This document shows, in pieces, positions 51,287-60,750 of a stretch of DNA of 64,000 bases. Source of the stretch: Elusimicrobiota bacterium. Its GTDB lineage: Bacteria > Elusimicrobiota > Elusimicrobia > F11. The position numbers were made by a program, and so were the translations under genes. Each line of letters opens with the position of its first letter. The stretch's first letter is position 1. The DNA is taken from the NCBI GenBank assembly GCA_044221725.1, contig JBGAON010000003.1, positions 192,001-256,000 of the forward strand, given 5' to 3'. Under the pieces are notes generated by a model. That model made no database searches. It was given only the letters and a program-made list of their open reading frames with translations, and had not been told where the DNA came from.

Positions 51287-53266
51287 ATGAACCGGACCGC
51301 GCGCATGCCTCTTATTCCTAATCTCATCGTCCTTTTGTTGGCTGTCTGTTTTCTCGCAGGCTCGGCGAACGCCGGGGCGGGAAGCACCACAGCCAATTTC
51401 TTGAAGATTGGAACCGGCGCGCGTGGCGCGGCCATGGGCGATGCGCACGTGGCGCTCACCGACGACGTTAACTCGCTCTACTGGAACCCCGCCGGACTCT
51501 CCGCCATGCGTTATCAAGAAGTGACGTTCATGCATTACGACCTCGTTGAGAGCATTCGCTACAACCAGGCCGCCTACGCGCGGCCCAGCGCATACGGAAC
51601 GTTTGCCGGTGGCGTGAACATTTTGGACTACGGAAATATCAAAGGCTACGACTCGGGTGGCGTGCAGGCGTCGGATGTAAACGCGAAAAATATGCTCTTC
51701 ACGGGGTCGTGGGGAAAACGGTTCATGGAAAAGTCGCCGCTTGCCGGCGGCGTGAACGTGAAATATCTCAGCTCGGATTTGGCGGGCTACAAAGCCTCAG
51801 GTGCGATGGTCGACCTGGGGCTTCTTTATCCCATTGAGAGTGGAAAATTGCGGGGCCTCCGGCTTGGTGCGAATTTGAGAAACGTCGGTCCGTCGATCAA
51901 ATACGATCAGACGGGTTCGCCACTTCCGCGTCAATTTGTGCTCGGCGCCGGTTTTCTCGCGCTCGGCGGAAATCTCGCGGTGGATTTGGACATGATCTCG
52001 CCGAAGGGCGAAAACGCTTATGTGGCGACGGGCCTTGAATACGCGCTTTTTCAAATTCTCCGTTTGCGTGTGGGTTACAACGGCGCCACGAACTTTGTCG
52101 GAAACGGAATCACCTACGGAATGGGCTTGCGGTTCACGCAGTGGAACATCGATTACGCGTTCGTTCCGTTTGGAGATTTGGGGAACACGAATCGCATCAG
52201 CGTCGGCGTGCGATTCGGTCACGCGATGCAAATCCAGGCGGCCGATGTGCAAGTCGAAAATTCGTACCGCTTGGCGGAGCGTCAGTACGCGTCCGGTCAA
52301 GGCGTGCAAGCCTACAGCACGTTGAACGAGCTGCTGTTGATTGCGCCGTGGCACAAGCCGTCGGTTGAGCTCAAAGCCAAGATCGAGAAACAATTTGAGG
52401 AAATGTCGGCGTCGAAAAATCAAGCGCGCATGGAATCTGAAATCGCCGAAGCGTTCACTGACGCAAAAGCGGCGTTTGATCGCGACGAACTCGTTGAAGC
52501 GAAGAAAGGTTTCGAAACAATACTCCGGTTGCAACCGAACCATGTGGGATCGAAAGTGTATCTCGAACGCATCCAAAACCGTTACACGAGTTTGGCTCAA
52601 GAATCCTTCAAGCAGGGCATGAACTATTACGCGGTGGGCGACTACGTAAAAGCGATCGCCGCGTTCGAAAAAACGCTCACGATTGACCCGTCGCACGCCG
52701 ACGCGAAGGCTCAACTTGAAAAGACGAAACAAGTGCAGGTCGACACGAACAAACGGCAACAGGAGCTTGAACTTCTCGCCGGCGCAGGGGAAGCTTACAA
52801 GGAGGGCCTCGCGGCCTACCAGAAGAACGATCTCGAAACGGCTCTCGTGAAATTCGAAGAGGTGCAAACGAAAGTTCCGCAATACGAGGAAGTGGGACGT
52901 TACTTGACGCTGACGAAAACCACGTTGGCGGGTGTCTTGTACGAACAGTCGCAAGTCCACATGGACAACGGCCAGCTGGACGAAGCCGTGAAGAAACTCA
53001 AACGAGCGAACGAATTGTCGCCGGAGGATCAAAAGATAAAGACCGGTCTCGATGCGGCGCAGCGCGATCTCGGTATCAAACGCGCCGAAGAATCAAAGAA
53101 ACTTTACAAAGATGGTTTGGAGGCGTACTTGAGCGGCCAAACGAAGAAGGCGGAAGAACTCTGGAAAAAATCACTCGAGCTCGACTCGACGAACGAGGAA
53201 GCGTTGCAGGCCATCTCAAAACTTGAGGAACAAAAGAAGTACACGAAGCCCGACGAGGGGAAGTGA
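51287..53266 (+). CDS. PorV/PorQ-like (UPF0164) outer-membrane beta-barrel fused to C-terminal TPR repeats
   Basis: Signal peptide; FLKIGTGARGAAMGDA..SLYWNPAGL; barrel end IDYAFVPFGDLGNTNRISVGVRF; then TPRs (GDYVKAIAAFEKTLTIDPSH). Confidence 0.85.
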   Translation: MNRTARMPLIPNLIVLLLAVCFLAGSANAGAGSTTANFLKIGTGARGAAMGDAHVALTDDVNSLYWNPAGLSAMRYQEVTFMHYDLVESIRYNQAAYARPSAYGTFAGGVNILDYGNIKGYDSGGVQASDVNAKNMLFTGSWGKRFMEKSPLAGGVNVKYLSSDLAGYKASGAMVDLGLLYPIESGKLRGLRLGANLRNVGPSIKYDQTGSPLPRQFVLGAGFLALGGNLAVDLDMISPKGENAYVATGLEYALFQILRLRVGYNGATNFVGNGITYGMGLRFTQWNIDYAFVPFGDLGNTNRISVGVRFGHAMQIQAADVQVENSYRLAERQYASGQGVQAYSTLNELLLIAPWHKPSVELKAKIEKQFEEMSASKNQARMESEIAEAFTDAKAAFDRDELVEAKKGFETILRLQPNHVGSKVYLERIQNRYTSLAQESFKQGMNYYAVGDYVKAIAAFEKTLTIDPSHADAKAQLEKTKQVQVDTNKRQQELELLAGAGEAYKEGLAAYQKNDLETALVKFEEVQTKVPQYEEVGRYLTLTKTTLAGVLYEQSQVHMDNGQLDEAVKKLKRANELSPEDQKIKTGLDAAQRDLGIKRAEESKKLYKDGLEAYLSGQTKKAEELWKKSLELDSTNEEALQAISKLEEQKKYTKPDEGK

Positions 53267-53267
53267 T

Positions 53268-54695
53268 GTGGCGAACCGTTTTAAGATTATCGTCGTTCCC
53301 GCGAAAGCGGGAACCCCGGTCTCAAACTCTGGAATAAGGTTTAAAGCCTGGATTCCCGCTTTCGCGGGAATGACGGTTGTTTCGATAGTGAGTTTGCTCC
53401 TCTTATTCTCACTATCTCTCCCGTTGCGAGCCTCGCTGCAAACTCCCGAAGATAAAGTTCTCGGCAAAGCGTTTGCCGCGTACATGGATGGTGCGAACAA
53501 ACAAGCGCAGAGCTACTTTGAAGAAGCGCTGCGAATTAATCCGAAAAACAAAGCGGCGCAACAGGGGCTTGAGAAAGTAAAAATCCGACTGAAGAAAGCC
53601 GAAGATGAGAAAAAGGCCCGCGCGATCCAGCTCTCAAAATCGAAATTAAAAGAAGGCCGCGAGCTCATGAAAACCGGAGACGTCGTTGCGGCCATCGATT
53701 CGTTTCACTCCGCGCTCGACGCGTCACCCGATTTCAAACCCGCCAAGTCCGAGCTTGAATCAGTCAAAAAGAAAATGACCGCGCTCGCCGAGAAAAAGAA
53801 ACTGAATCTTTCTTCGTGGTCATACGCGCGCGGCGTGATGGCCTATATGGACCGCGATTGGGCGAAGGCCTATCGCATTTGGTCCGAACGCTCCCAATTG
53901 GAACCGAACAACGTCGCGCTCGCGAACGCCACAGCACGCGCCGAAAACAATTTCAAGAAGATGATGATCGCCGAACAAGAAGATTTTTTCCGCCGCGGCG
54001 CGCGCGCGTTTTATGAGCAAGGCTTGTACAAGGAAGCGCAAACCTCGTGGTCAAAGGTGCTCGTGTTGCGCCCGGATGATCAGGAGGCGCTCGAGGGCAC
54101 CGCGCGTTCGCAAGAAGCGATCCTTCGAGCCACCGGGAAAGGCCGGGCCGACGAGTCGCATGATCTGTTGGAGCAAGGGTTGCAGGCTTATGCTTCGCAA
54201 GATTGGCGAAAGGCGCTCACGATTTTTGAACAGTTGGCGGCGCTCGACCCGGATTTCACGACCGCGAACGACTACATAACAAAGGTTAAAGCACAGTTGA
54301 ATTCGAACACGTACGCACCGACGTATGTTTCGTCAGGAGAAAGCCTGTTCCGAAACAAGCGCGCGTCCAATCAAGGAAACGAAGCGGTGAAAGTGCCAGA
54401 CAAACTTGAAAATTATGCGGACAGCAAACGCGAACTTGAGTCGCAATTGAAACGCGACCCGTCGAACATCAACATTCAGCGCGAATTGGACCGCGTGAGC
54501 AAAGAACAAGAAGACCAAAGCGAAAAAATTTACAAGGAAGGGCTGATCGCGTACTCCCAAGGGAACCGTTCGGCCGCAATCCAACAATGGAAGCAAGTGC
54601 TCGTAATTAATCCCGATCATAAAAAAGCGCTGGCCGCTCTGAAGAAAGCGCGTGCCGAGGAAGAACGCACGACGGAACCGGAGACCGCGCAGTGA
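53268..54695 (+). CDS. Exported TPR-repeat protein
   Basis: GTG 53268 after GAGGGG (alternative ATG 53370); hydrophobic signal; multiple TPRs (FEEALRINPKN, WKQVLVINPDH). Confidence 0.85.
   Translation: MANRFKIIVVPAKAGTPVSNSGIRFKAWIPAFAGMTVVSIVSLLLLFSLSLPLRASLQTPEDKVLGKAFAAYMDGANKQAQSYFEEALRINPKNKAAQQGLEKVKIRLKKAEDEKKARAIQLSKSKLKEGRELMKTGDVVAAIDSFHSALDASPDFKPAKSELESVKKKMTALAEKKKLNLSSWSYARGVMAYMDRDWAKAYRIWSERSQLEPNNVALANATARAENNFKKMMIAEQEDFFRRGARAFYEQGLYKEAQTSWSKVLVLRPDDQEALEGTARSQEAILRATGKGRADESHDLLEQGLQAYASQDWRKALTIFEQLAALDPDFTTANDYITKVKAQLNSNTYAPTYVSSGESLFRNKRASNQGNEAVKVPDKLENYADSKRELESQLKRDPSNINIQRELDRVSKEQEDQSEKIYKEGLIAYSQGNRSAAIQQWKQVLVINPDHKKALAALKKARAEEERTTEPETAQ
53292..53375. repeat. 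REP/RPE-like palindromic element (two inverted TTCCCGCGAAAGCGGGAA units) in frame within the TPR gene
   Basis: GTCGTTCCCGCGAAAGCGGGAACCC ... GGATTCCCGCTTTCGCGGGAATGAC; 84 nt; translates VVPAKAG..WIPAFAGMT. Confidence 0.88.
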
Positions 54696-56689
54696 GAATT
54701 CGATTCGCAATCGTCGGTTTCTTTTTGGCCGCGCCGGTGTTCGCTCAAGATGTGGCCGTTCAGTCGTCGACGCCGACGACTTCCGCTGCTGTTGTGTCGT
54801 CCTCTCCTACGGTTTCCGCGCCTCGTTCCACGGATTTGCAGGAGTCCACGCCCACCGCGATTGCCACACCGCCCGTGTTAACCGTTTTACCTTCGTCCAC
54901 ACAAAACGCGGCCGGACCGGCCATCCTTGAAAAGGTTTCAATCGACGACGCCGGTAACCGGCTTCTCGTGTTAATTCAGACAAACAAACCGGTGCAGTGT
55001 TTTGTGTTTGAGAAAAAAGATCCGCCGGCGCTCTTTGTGCAATTTGTGGACACGGCCGTGTACGCGTCGGGCGACCCGATTCAAGTGGTGGGAACCGATC
55101 CGCTTTCCGAAATTCGCTACGGTTACGCGAGTTTTCACGATGCGACGTCGGCCAACCGCAATCGCAACGACAAATTTCCGCTTGAGTACTTGGAATTGAA
55201 ATTGAACCGTTCGGTTTTCTATCACGTGCAACAAGAGGGCTGGGTGGTGGTTGTCGGGCTCGATCGCACGACGTCGAAAGTGGATGTGCCGGATTTGGAT
55301 TTCCGTTTTGAAAAAGCGAAATACGAAGGCGCGTCGAATTTGCCGCCGAACCCGCGCATCGATGATTTTGTGACGACGTCGCAAGCGAACAGTCAGCTGC
55401 TGACCGTGTCGCGCGGGGAAGTTGAATTGGCGAAGTTCCGTGTCTCGGAAGCGCGCCGCGCTCTTTTTCCGGCGCTCACCGCGCGCGCGAGCGACACGCA
55501 TGGAAAAGAAGCCAATCCGTTTCCGAGCCAAATTTTCGAAGGATTCGAAGCCACCACCTACAAGCGCGAAGAATACGGAGTTCAGGCGACGCAGCCGTTG
55601 TACGAATCCGGTCGCGTGTACGGCGCGTACAAGCAAGCGAAGCTAAACCGGCTTATGGCAACCGAGAATCTGCGAAAGCAAGCGCAGGATCTCACCTACG
55701 AAATGAAAAAAGCGTACAACACGCTCTTGAAAAATCAGGCGATACTGCGCGTTCGCCGCGAACTCGTGGCGCAAGGCGAGCAATTGAAAGACATGGTGCG
55801 CAAAAAACATCAGCTTGATCTCACGTCAAAATCCGAAGTGTTGAACGTGACCGCGCAAGCCGATCAAGCGGTGTACCAATTGACTTCGGACGAGCAAGAT
55901 GTGGCGCTCGCGCGACTCGTGGTCATTTCGCTTTTGAATCAAGCGGAGCCCGTTCCCGATCCGGTGCCTGGCGCGCTGTCGTTCGCGCGGCTCAGCTTCA
56001 ATATCGAGTCCATCATCAATTGGGCGCAAGAGCACCGGCCCGATGTGCGTATCGCGACGCTGAACGCCGAGCTCGCCAAGTACAACATGAAAGCCGCCAA
56101 AGGTGACAACCGATTGAAAGTGGATGCGTCGGGATTTTTAGGGAAAGCCGGTGCCGCGTTTGAAGGTGACGATTTCCAGCTCGAAACCGCTTGGAACGTG
56201 GGACTGAAAATTTCTCAGCCGTTCGCTGGCAACACATTGCGCGGTTCGTTTACGAAGGAGCACACGGCGCCGGACCTTGGCCAAACGTTTGTCACCGATT
56301 CGCAGCAGCGCACGGTGGAGCTCGGAATCTTGGACGCCATTCCTCAAGTGTCCAACGCGCAACAGTCGCAACTTCAGTACGCGCGCGCGAAAGCGGAGTT
56401 GGTCGAAGCCAGCCGCAAAGCCGAATTTGAAGTGCGCCAAACTTATTACAATCTCGAAAAATCAGCGCGGCAGTTGGATGCGGTGCGCCAAGATTTGAAA
56501 TACCGTCAAAAGGATCTCGAAATTACACGGGAGAAAGTGAAACTCGGTCTGTCCGAACTGTCGCAGCTCATGGCGGCAGAAGTTGCGTACGCGCAAGCAC
56601 AAATCACCGAACAGGACGCGCTGTCGGCCTATAATATTGCGCTCGCCGATATGGACCGTGTCGCTGGCGCTGAAGTCGTGCGAGAATGA
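54692..56689 (+). CDS. TolC-family outer-membrane channel with N-terminal Ser/Thr/Pro linker and AMIN-like domain
   Basis: Signal peptide; STP-rich stretch; ILEKVSI..VLIQT..DPPALFVQF (AMIN-like); OEP repeats (ARRALFPAL, QPLYESG, HRPDVRIA, YNIALADMDRVAG). Confidence 0.85.
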   Translation: MRIRFAIVGFFLAAPVFAQDVAVQSSTPTTSAAVVSSSPTVSAPRSTDLQESTPTAIATPPVLTVLPSSTQNAAGPAILEKVSIDDAGNRLLVLIQTNKPVQCFVFEKKDPPALFVQFVDTAVYASGDPIQVVGTDPLSEIRYGYASFHDATSANRNRNDKFPLEYLELKLNRSVFYHVQQEGWVVVVGLDRTTSKVDVPDLDFRFEKAKYEGASNLPPNPRIDDFVTTSQANSQLLTVSRGEVELAKFRVSEARRALFPALTARASDTHGKEANPFPSQIFEGFEATTYKREEYGVQATQPLYESGRVYGAYKQAKLNRLMATENLRKQAQDLTYEMKKAYNTLLKNQAILRVRRELVAQGEQLKDMVRKKHQLDLTSKSEVLNVTAQADQAVYQLTSDEQDVALARLVVISLLNQAEPVPDPVPGALSFARLSFNIESIINWAQEHRPDVRIATLNAELAKYNMKAAKGDNRLKVDASGFLGKAGAAFEGDDFQLETAWNVGLKISQPFAGNTLRGSFTKEHTAPDLGQTFVTDSQQRTVELGILDAIPQVSNAQQSQLQYARAKAELVEASRKAEFEVRQTYYNLEKSARQLDAVRQDLKYRQKDLEITREKVKLGLSELSQLMAAEVAYAQAQITEQDALSAYNIALADMDRVAGAEVVRE

Positions 56690-59600
56690 AACTCGGAACA
56701 TTGTTCGTTAAGCGCCCAGTGATGACTTCCATGGTCTTCCTGGGCATTGTCATTTTTGGACTCATCTCCTGGATGAATCTCCCTCAAGAATTGTTCCCGA
56801 ATATTTCCGTGCCGCAACTCGTGATCATCACAAAATATCCGAACGCGGCGCCCGAAGAAATCGAAAACCTGATCACGAAGCCAATCGAAGAAGGTGTCGG
56901 TACGGTGCCGAATTTGCGGCGTGTGCGGTCGATCTCGAAAGAAGGTATCTCGGCCGTGAAAATGGAATTCGCTTGGGGCACCGACATGGGCTTTGCCCAT
57001 TTGGCCACGCGCGAAAAATTGGATCGCATGAAAGACCGGCTTCCCCAAGAAGCCGAGGAACCGATCATTAAGCGCGTGAACCCGTTCTCTCATCCGGTCA
57101 TGATCATTAGCGTCACGGGAAAACTTGATTTGCCGGTCATGACGAAGTTATCCGAAGACATCGTGAAAAAGAAGCTGGAGAAAACCGATGGCGTTGCCTC
57201 GGTTATGATTTCCGGCGGACAGAAACGCGAAATTCTCGTTGAAGTGGACCGCGGCCGTTTGGACGCGAGTCACGTATCGTTGCCAATGGTTGTCGAATCC
57301 ATTAAGAACGCGAACTACGATTATCCGGCTGGCACCACGCAGGGGAAGGTCGTCGAGTATCTCGTTCGCACGCACGGCCGATACACGAAGATCGAAGACA
57401 TCGGAAAAACCATCGTGCAAGTCGAAAACCCCGAGATCGATCCGGTGTACAAATGGAAAAGGCGCGAAGACAAAGACCACAGCAGCGCGCCGATGGACCA
57501 ACGGCTAATTCCGCTCGCCAACATTGCCGAGGTAAAGGATTCGCTGCAAGACAAAACCAGTTATTCGCGTTACAATGGAAACGAAAACATTTCGATCTCG
57601 ATTCAAAAGCAAGCGGAAGCGAACACCGTTGTGGTTTCGGACGCCGTGCGCGAAGCGCTTGCCGAGTTAAAAAATTCGCTGCCGAGCGATTTCAATATGC
57701 AAGTGATTTACGACGAATCGACGTACATCACCGACGCGCTCGCGAACATGCGAAACAACATTATCGCCGGCGGTATTTTGGCGTTCATTGTGTTGTTTGT
57801 TTTTCTCGGCGATTTGCGCGACGCGTTGTTCGCGGGTCTCGCTATCCCGATTGCGATCCTTGTCACGCTCATCACGATGTATCTGACGGGCTTCTCTATC
57901 AACATGCTCACGTTGGCCGGGTTGGCGCTTTCGGTCGGAAGCATGTCCGACTGTTCGATCTGTATGACCGATAACATTACGCGACATCACCGCGAGTTTA
58001 AAAAGCCGCTGGTGGAAGCTGCCGTCGACGGCTCGAACGAAATGGTGGGCGCGATGCTGTCATCCACGCTCACGAATATCGCCGTGTTCCTGCCGCTGTT
58101 GTTTGTGAGTGGCATCGCTCAACAGTTGTTCCAAGGGCTTTTTATGGTCACGATTTTCACGAACTTTGCGTCGTTGTTCGTGTCGATCACGTTCATTCCA
58201 CGCATGGCCGCTTATCCGTGGGATTTGTCGCCTATCATGCGCCGCTTCCCGTGGCTTGGAAAAATTATTTTGACCGATGACAAACAGAAAAAAATCAACT
58301 CGCAATACGAACGGCTGCTCGGATACTCGCTTGATCATCCGAAAGCGGTTTTTAAAATTGTGCTTATGGGCCTCGCACTTTCGGTGTTGATGCTGGTTTG
58401 GACGCCGCGCGTGTTCATGCCGAAAATGGACCAAGGTCAATTTATGTTGCAGCTCAACATGCCGATCGGCACCAGGCTCGAAGTAACAAACGGCGTCGCG
58501 CGGAAAATTGAATCGATTCTCGGAAACTTTACGAACGTGAACATGTCGGTCACGGTCGGTTCCGCACAAGAAGACGAAGAGATCGATGCGCTGCAATCGC
58601 ACCAGGCGCAGGTGGCCGTGACCGTTGATCTCAACAAAGGTTTGACCACGAACGACGTGATCGATAAATTTAAAGCGCTCGCGAAACGCGAAAATTTGGA
58701 AGGCGGGCAGCTTACGTATTTGTTGCAAGACAGCCCGCTGCGCTCGGCGCTCGCCGGGGGTGCGCCGGTCGAAGTGGAAGTAAAGGGAAACGATCTGGCG
58801 CGACTTAAAATGCTGTCGGACGAGCTTGTTAAGAAATTGGATGACGATCCTTATTTGTTTGGTGTGCAGACGTCGTTCGCTTTGCCATCGCGGGAAACGC
58901 AGGTGCTCGTCGATAAAGACCGCGCGTCGGCGTACCAGTTGTCCGTGGCGGACATCGCCAAAACGGCGCTCATCGCGATCAAGGGAATGGTGGCCACCAA
59001 ATTTAAGGATGGCGGAGATGACATCGATATCCGCGTGCGCTTACGGAAAGTGGACCGCGAGAACAACGAAAGCATTCGCCAGCTTGCTTTGCGCTCGCCG
59101 CAACGCAACGTCATGGTTCCGTTGAACGACGTGGCCCAAATTCTGCCCGGCACCGGCGCCAGCGAAATCCGCCATTTGGATCAACAGCGCGCGTTCGTTG
59201 TGACGGCCGAAGTGACGGGAGCCAGCTCAGCAAAAGCCATCGAACACGTTCAAAAGATTATCAGCGGGTATCGTGGTTACAAAGATTATGTGATCGAGCT
59301 CGGCGGCGAGAGCCGTCGCATCGCCGAATCTTTCTCGAGTCTTAAATACACCTTCGTATTGGCTATATTTCTCATCTATATGATCATGGCCGCGCAGTTC
59401 GAATCGGTGGCTCAACCGATTATCATCATGACGACGGTTCCGTTATCCGTCGTGGGCGTGGCGGTAACGCTCTTCATCACGAACATGCCGCTGTCGTCGG
59501 TGGCCGCGCTCGGTGTCGTTATCTTGGCCGGTATCGTGGTGAACAACGGTATTGTGCTCATCGATTACATCAACGGCCTCATCGCCGATGGCATGGACGT

Positions 59601-59862
59601 GCGCGAGGCGATTATTCGCGGGAGCTTGGGTCGCATTCGCCCCATTTTGATGACGATGTTCACCGCGGTTCTCGGTTCGGCGCCGCTCGCGCTTGGGCTC
59701 GGTCAAGGCGATGAACTTGCACAGCCATTGGCCGTTGTAACGTTCGGAGGGTTGTTCATATCGACATTTTTAACGCTGTTCATCATTCCATTGCTCTACT
59801 ATTTGCTCGAACAATGGCAAGCCAAACGCGCGCAGATGCAGGGAGAAGGGGTGGCCGCGTGA
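56686..59862 (+). CDS. RND (AcrB-family) permease 1
   Basis: FVKRPV..ELFPNI..PEEIENLITKPIEE; INMLTLAGLAL; AAQFES; RIRPILMT; PLAVVTFGGL. Confidence 0.94.
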   Translation: MKLGTLFVKRPVMTSMVFLGIVIFGLISWMNLPQELFPNISVPQLVIITKYPNAAPEEIENLITKPIEEGVGTVPNLRRVRSISKEGISAVKMEFAWGTDMGFAHLATREKLDRMKDRLPQEAEEPIIKRVNPFSHPVMIISVTGKLDLPVMTKLSEDIVKKKLEKTDGVASVMISGGQKREILVEVDRGRLDASHVSLPMVVESIKNANYDYPAGTTQGKVVEYLVRTHGRYTKIEDIGKTIVQVENPEIDPVYKWKRREDKDHSSAPMDQRLIPLANIAEVKDSLQDKTSYSRYNGNENISISIQKQAEANTVVVSDAVREALAELKNSLPSDFNMQVIYDESTYITDALANMRNNIIAGGILAFIVLFVFLGDLRDALFAGLAIPIAILVTLITMYLTGFSINMLTLAGLALSVGSMSDCSICMTDNITRHHREFKKPLVEAAVDGSNEMVGAMLSSTLTNIAVFLPLLFVSGIAQQLFQGLFMVTIFTNFASLFVSITFIPRMAAYPWDLSPIMRRFPWLGKIILTDDKQKKINSQYERLLGYSLDHPKAVFKIVLMGLALSVLMLVWTPRVFMPKMDQGQFMLQLNMPIGTRLEVTNGVARKIESILGNFTNVNMSVTVGSAQEDEEIDALQSHQAQVAVTVDLNKGLTTNDVIDKFKALAKRENLEGGQLTYLLQDSPLRSALAGGAPVEVEVKGNDLARLKMLSDELVKKLDDDPYLFGVQTSFALPSRETQVLVDKDRASAYQLSVADIAKTALIAIKGMVATKFKDGGDDIDIRVRLRKVDRENNESIRQLALRSPQRNVMVPLNDVAQILPGTGASEIRHLDQQRAFVVTAEVTGASSAKAIEHVQKIISGYRGYKDYVIELGGESRRIAESFSSLKYTFVLAIFLIYMIMAAQFESVAQPIIIMTTVPLSVVGVAVTLFITNMPLSSVAALGVVILAGIVVNNGIVLIDYINGLIADGMDVREAIIRGSLGRIRPILMTMFTAVLGSAPLALGLGQGDELAQPLAVVTFGGLFISTFLTLFIIPLLYYLLEQWQAKRAQMQGEGVAA

Positions 59863-60728
59863 AATACCTCGTTTTGCTGGGCCTACTAGCCTTTTCGCCC
59901 GGCTGCAAACCGACCTACAAACAGGAAACGCTCCGCGAAAGCGTAAAGATGCTCGCTCAAAAAGAATACGGTTTGGATGTGGAAGTGAAACAAATCGGAA
60001 AAACGCTCGGCCTCCGCTTCAAAGTTAAGAATTTGCTAAGCGAACTCTATTCCGGTGACGACGACATTTATAAGAAGATGAACGGACTTTTTACGGTGCT
60101 CGTTCGTGTCGTGTTGTCGTCCGACGTCGCTCCCGACTTTATCGTGCTCGATGTGACCGACGAAGACAATCCGCAGTTCCATTTGGTGTTCACGCGCTAC
60201 GAGGAAGACTTGCGCAAGGCCATGGCCGAAGCCTTATCGTACACGCAATCCCAGGACCGTTTGCTCGAGGAATTTGTGATCGGCGGCCGCCATGTTCCGT
60301 TCGATCCGCAAGAAATGGATTTGGTGCGGCTTATGATGATGGCCATGGATTCCGGCCAAGGCAAAATGACCGACACGTCTTCGTTTGAGCTGGAAGAAGT
60401 TCGATTTAATGATTTCGTCGCGCGCGTGGTGGAAAACACGATGCGCCGAACGTTGCGCGAACAAAAAGAAGTGAACAAGCAAGCGGTCGTGCGCGAAGTG
60501 AAAGCGTCGTTTGACGAAATGCCGGGCCGCCGCGGTCAGTTTAAAGTTCTGCTTGATATGGTGTCCAAACCGAGTACGCCGCTTTCGCCGCTGTTTCTTG
60601 AGGAAACAGTTTTTCCAATGGTCACAAAAGAAGTTACGGCGCTTTTTAAAAGTTACCGCTTTAGCGATTTTTCAGGCATTGCGGTGATCGAGAAGAATTC
60701 GGGAAAAATATTGACGACAGGTACTTAG
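59859..60728 (+). CDS. Probable lipoprotein of unknown function (289 aa)
   Basis: GTGA overlap with the RND1 stop; MKYLVLLGLLAFSPG-C lipobox-like N-terminus. Confidence 0.72.
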   Translation: MKYLVLLGLLAFSPGCKPTYKQETLRESVKMLAQKEYGLDVEVKQIGKTLGLRFKVKNLLSELYSGDDDIYKKMNGLFTVLVRVVLSSDVAPDFIVLDVTDEDNPQFHLVFTRYEEDLRKAMAEALSYTQSQDRLLEEFVIGGRHVPFDPQEMDLVRLMMMAMDSGQGKMTDTSSFELEEVRFNDFVARVVENTMRRTLREQKEVNKQAVVREVKASFDEMPGRRGQFKVLLDMVSKPSTPLSPLFLEETVFPMVTKEVTALFKSYRFSDFSGIAVIEKNSGKILTTGT

Positions 60729-60750
60729 TACTTCGTACGCCGTACCTTTT

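Noticed and set aside
51797..53032. 411-aa minus-strand ORF opposite the PorV-TPR gene (similarly 3709-4704 opposite fixC)
   Set aside because: Overlaps a well-supported gene on the other strand and has no family motifs.
60721..60746. GTAC-based 7-nt periodic repeat (GTACTTA GTACTTC GTACGCC GTACC) before RND2
   Set aside because: Too short and degenerate to assign a function.
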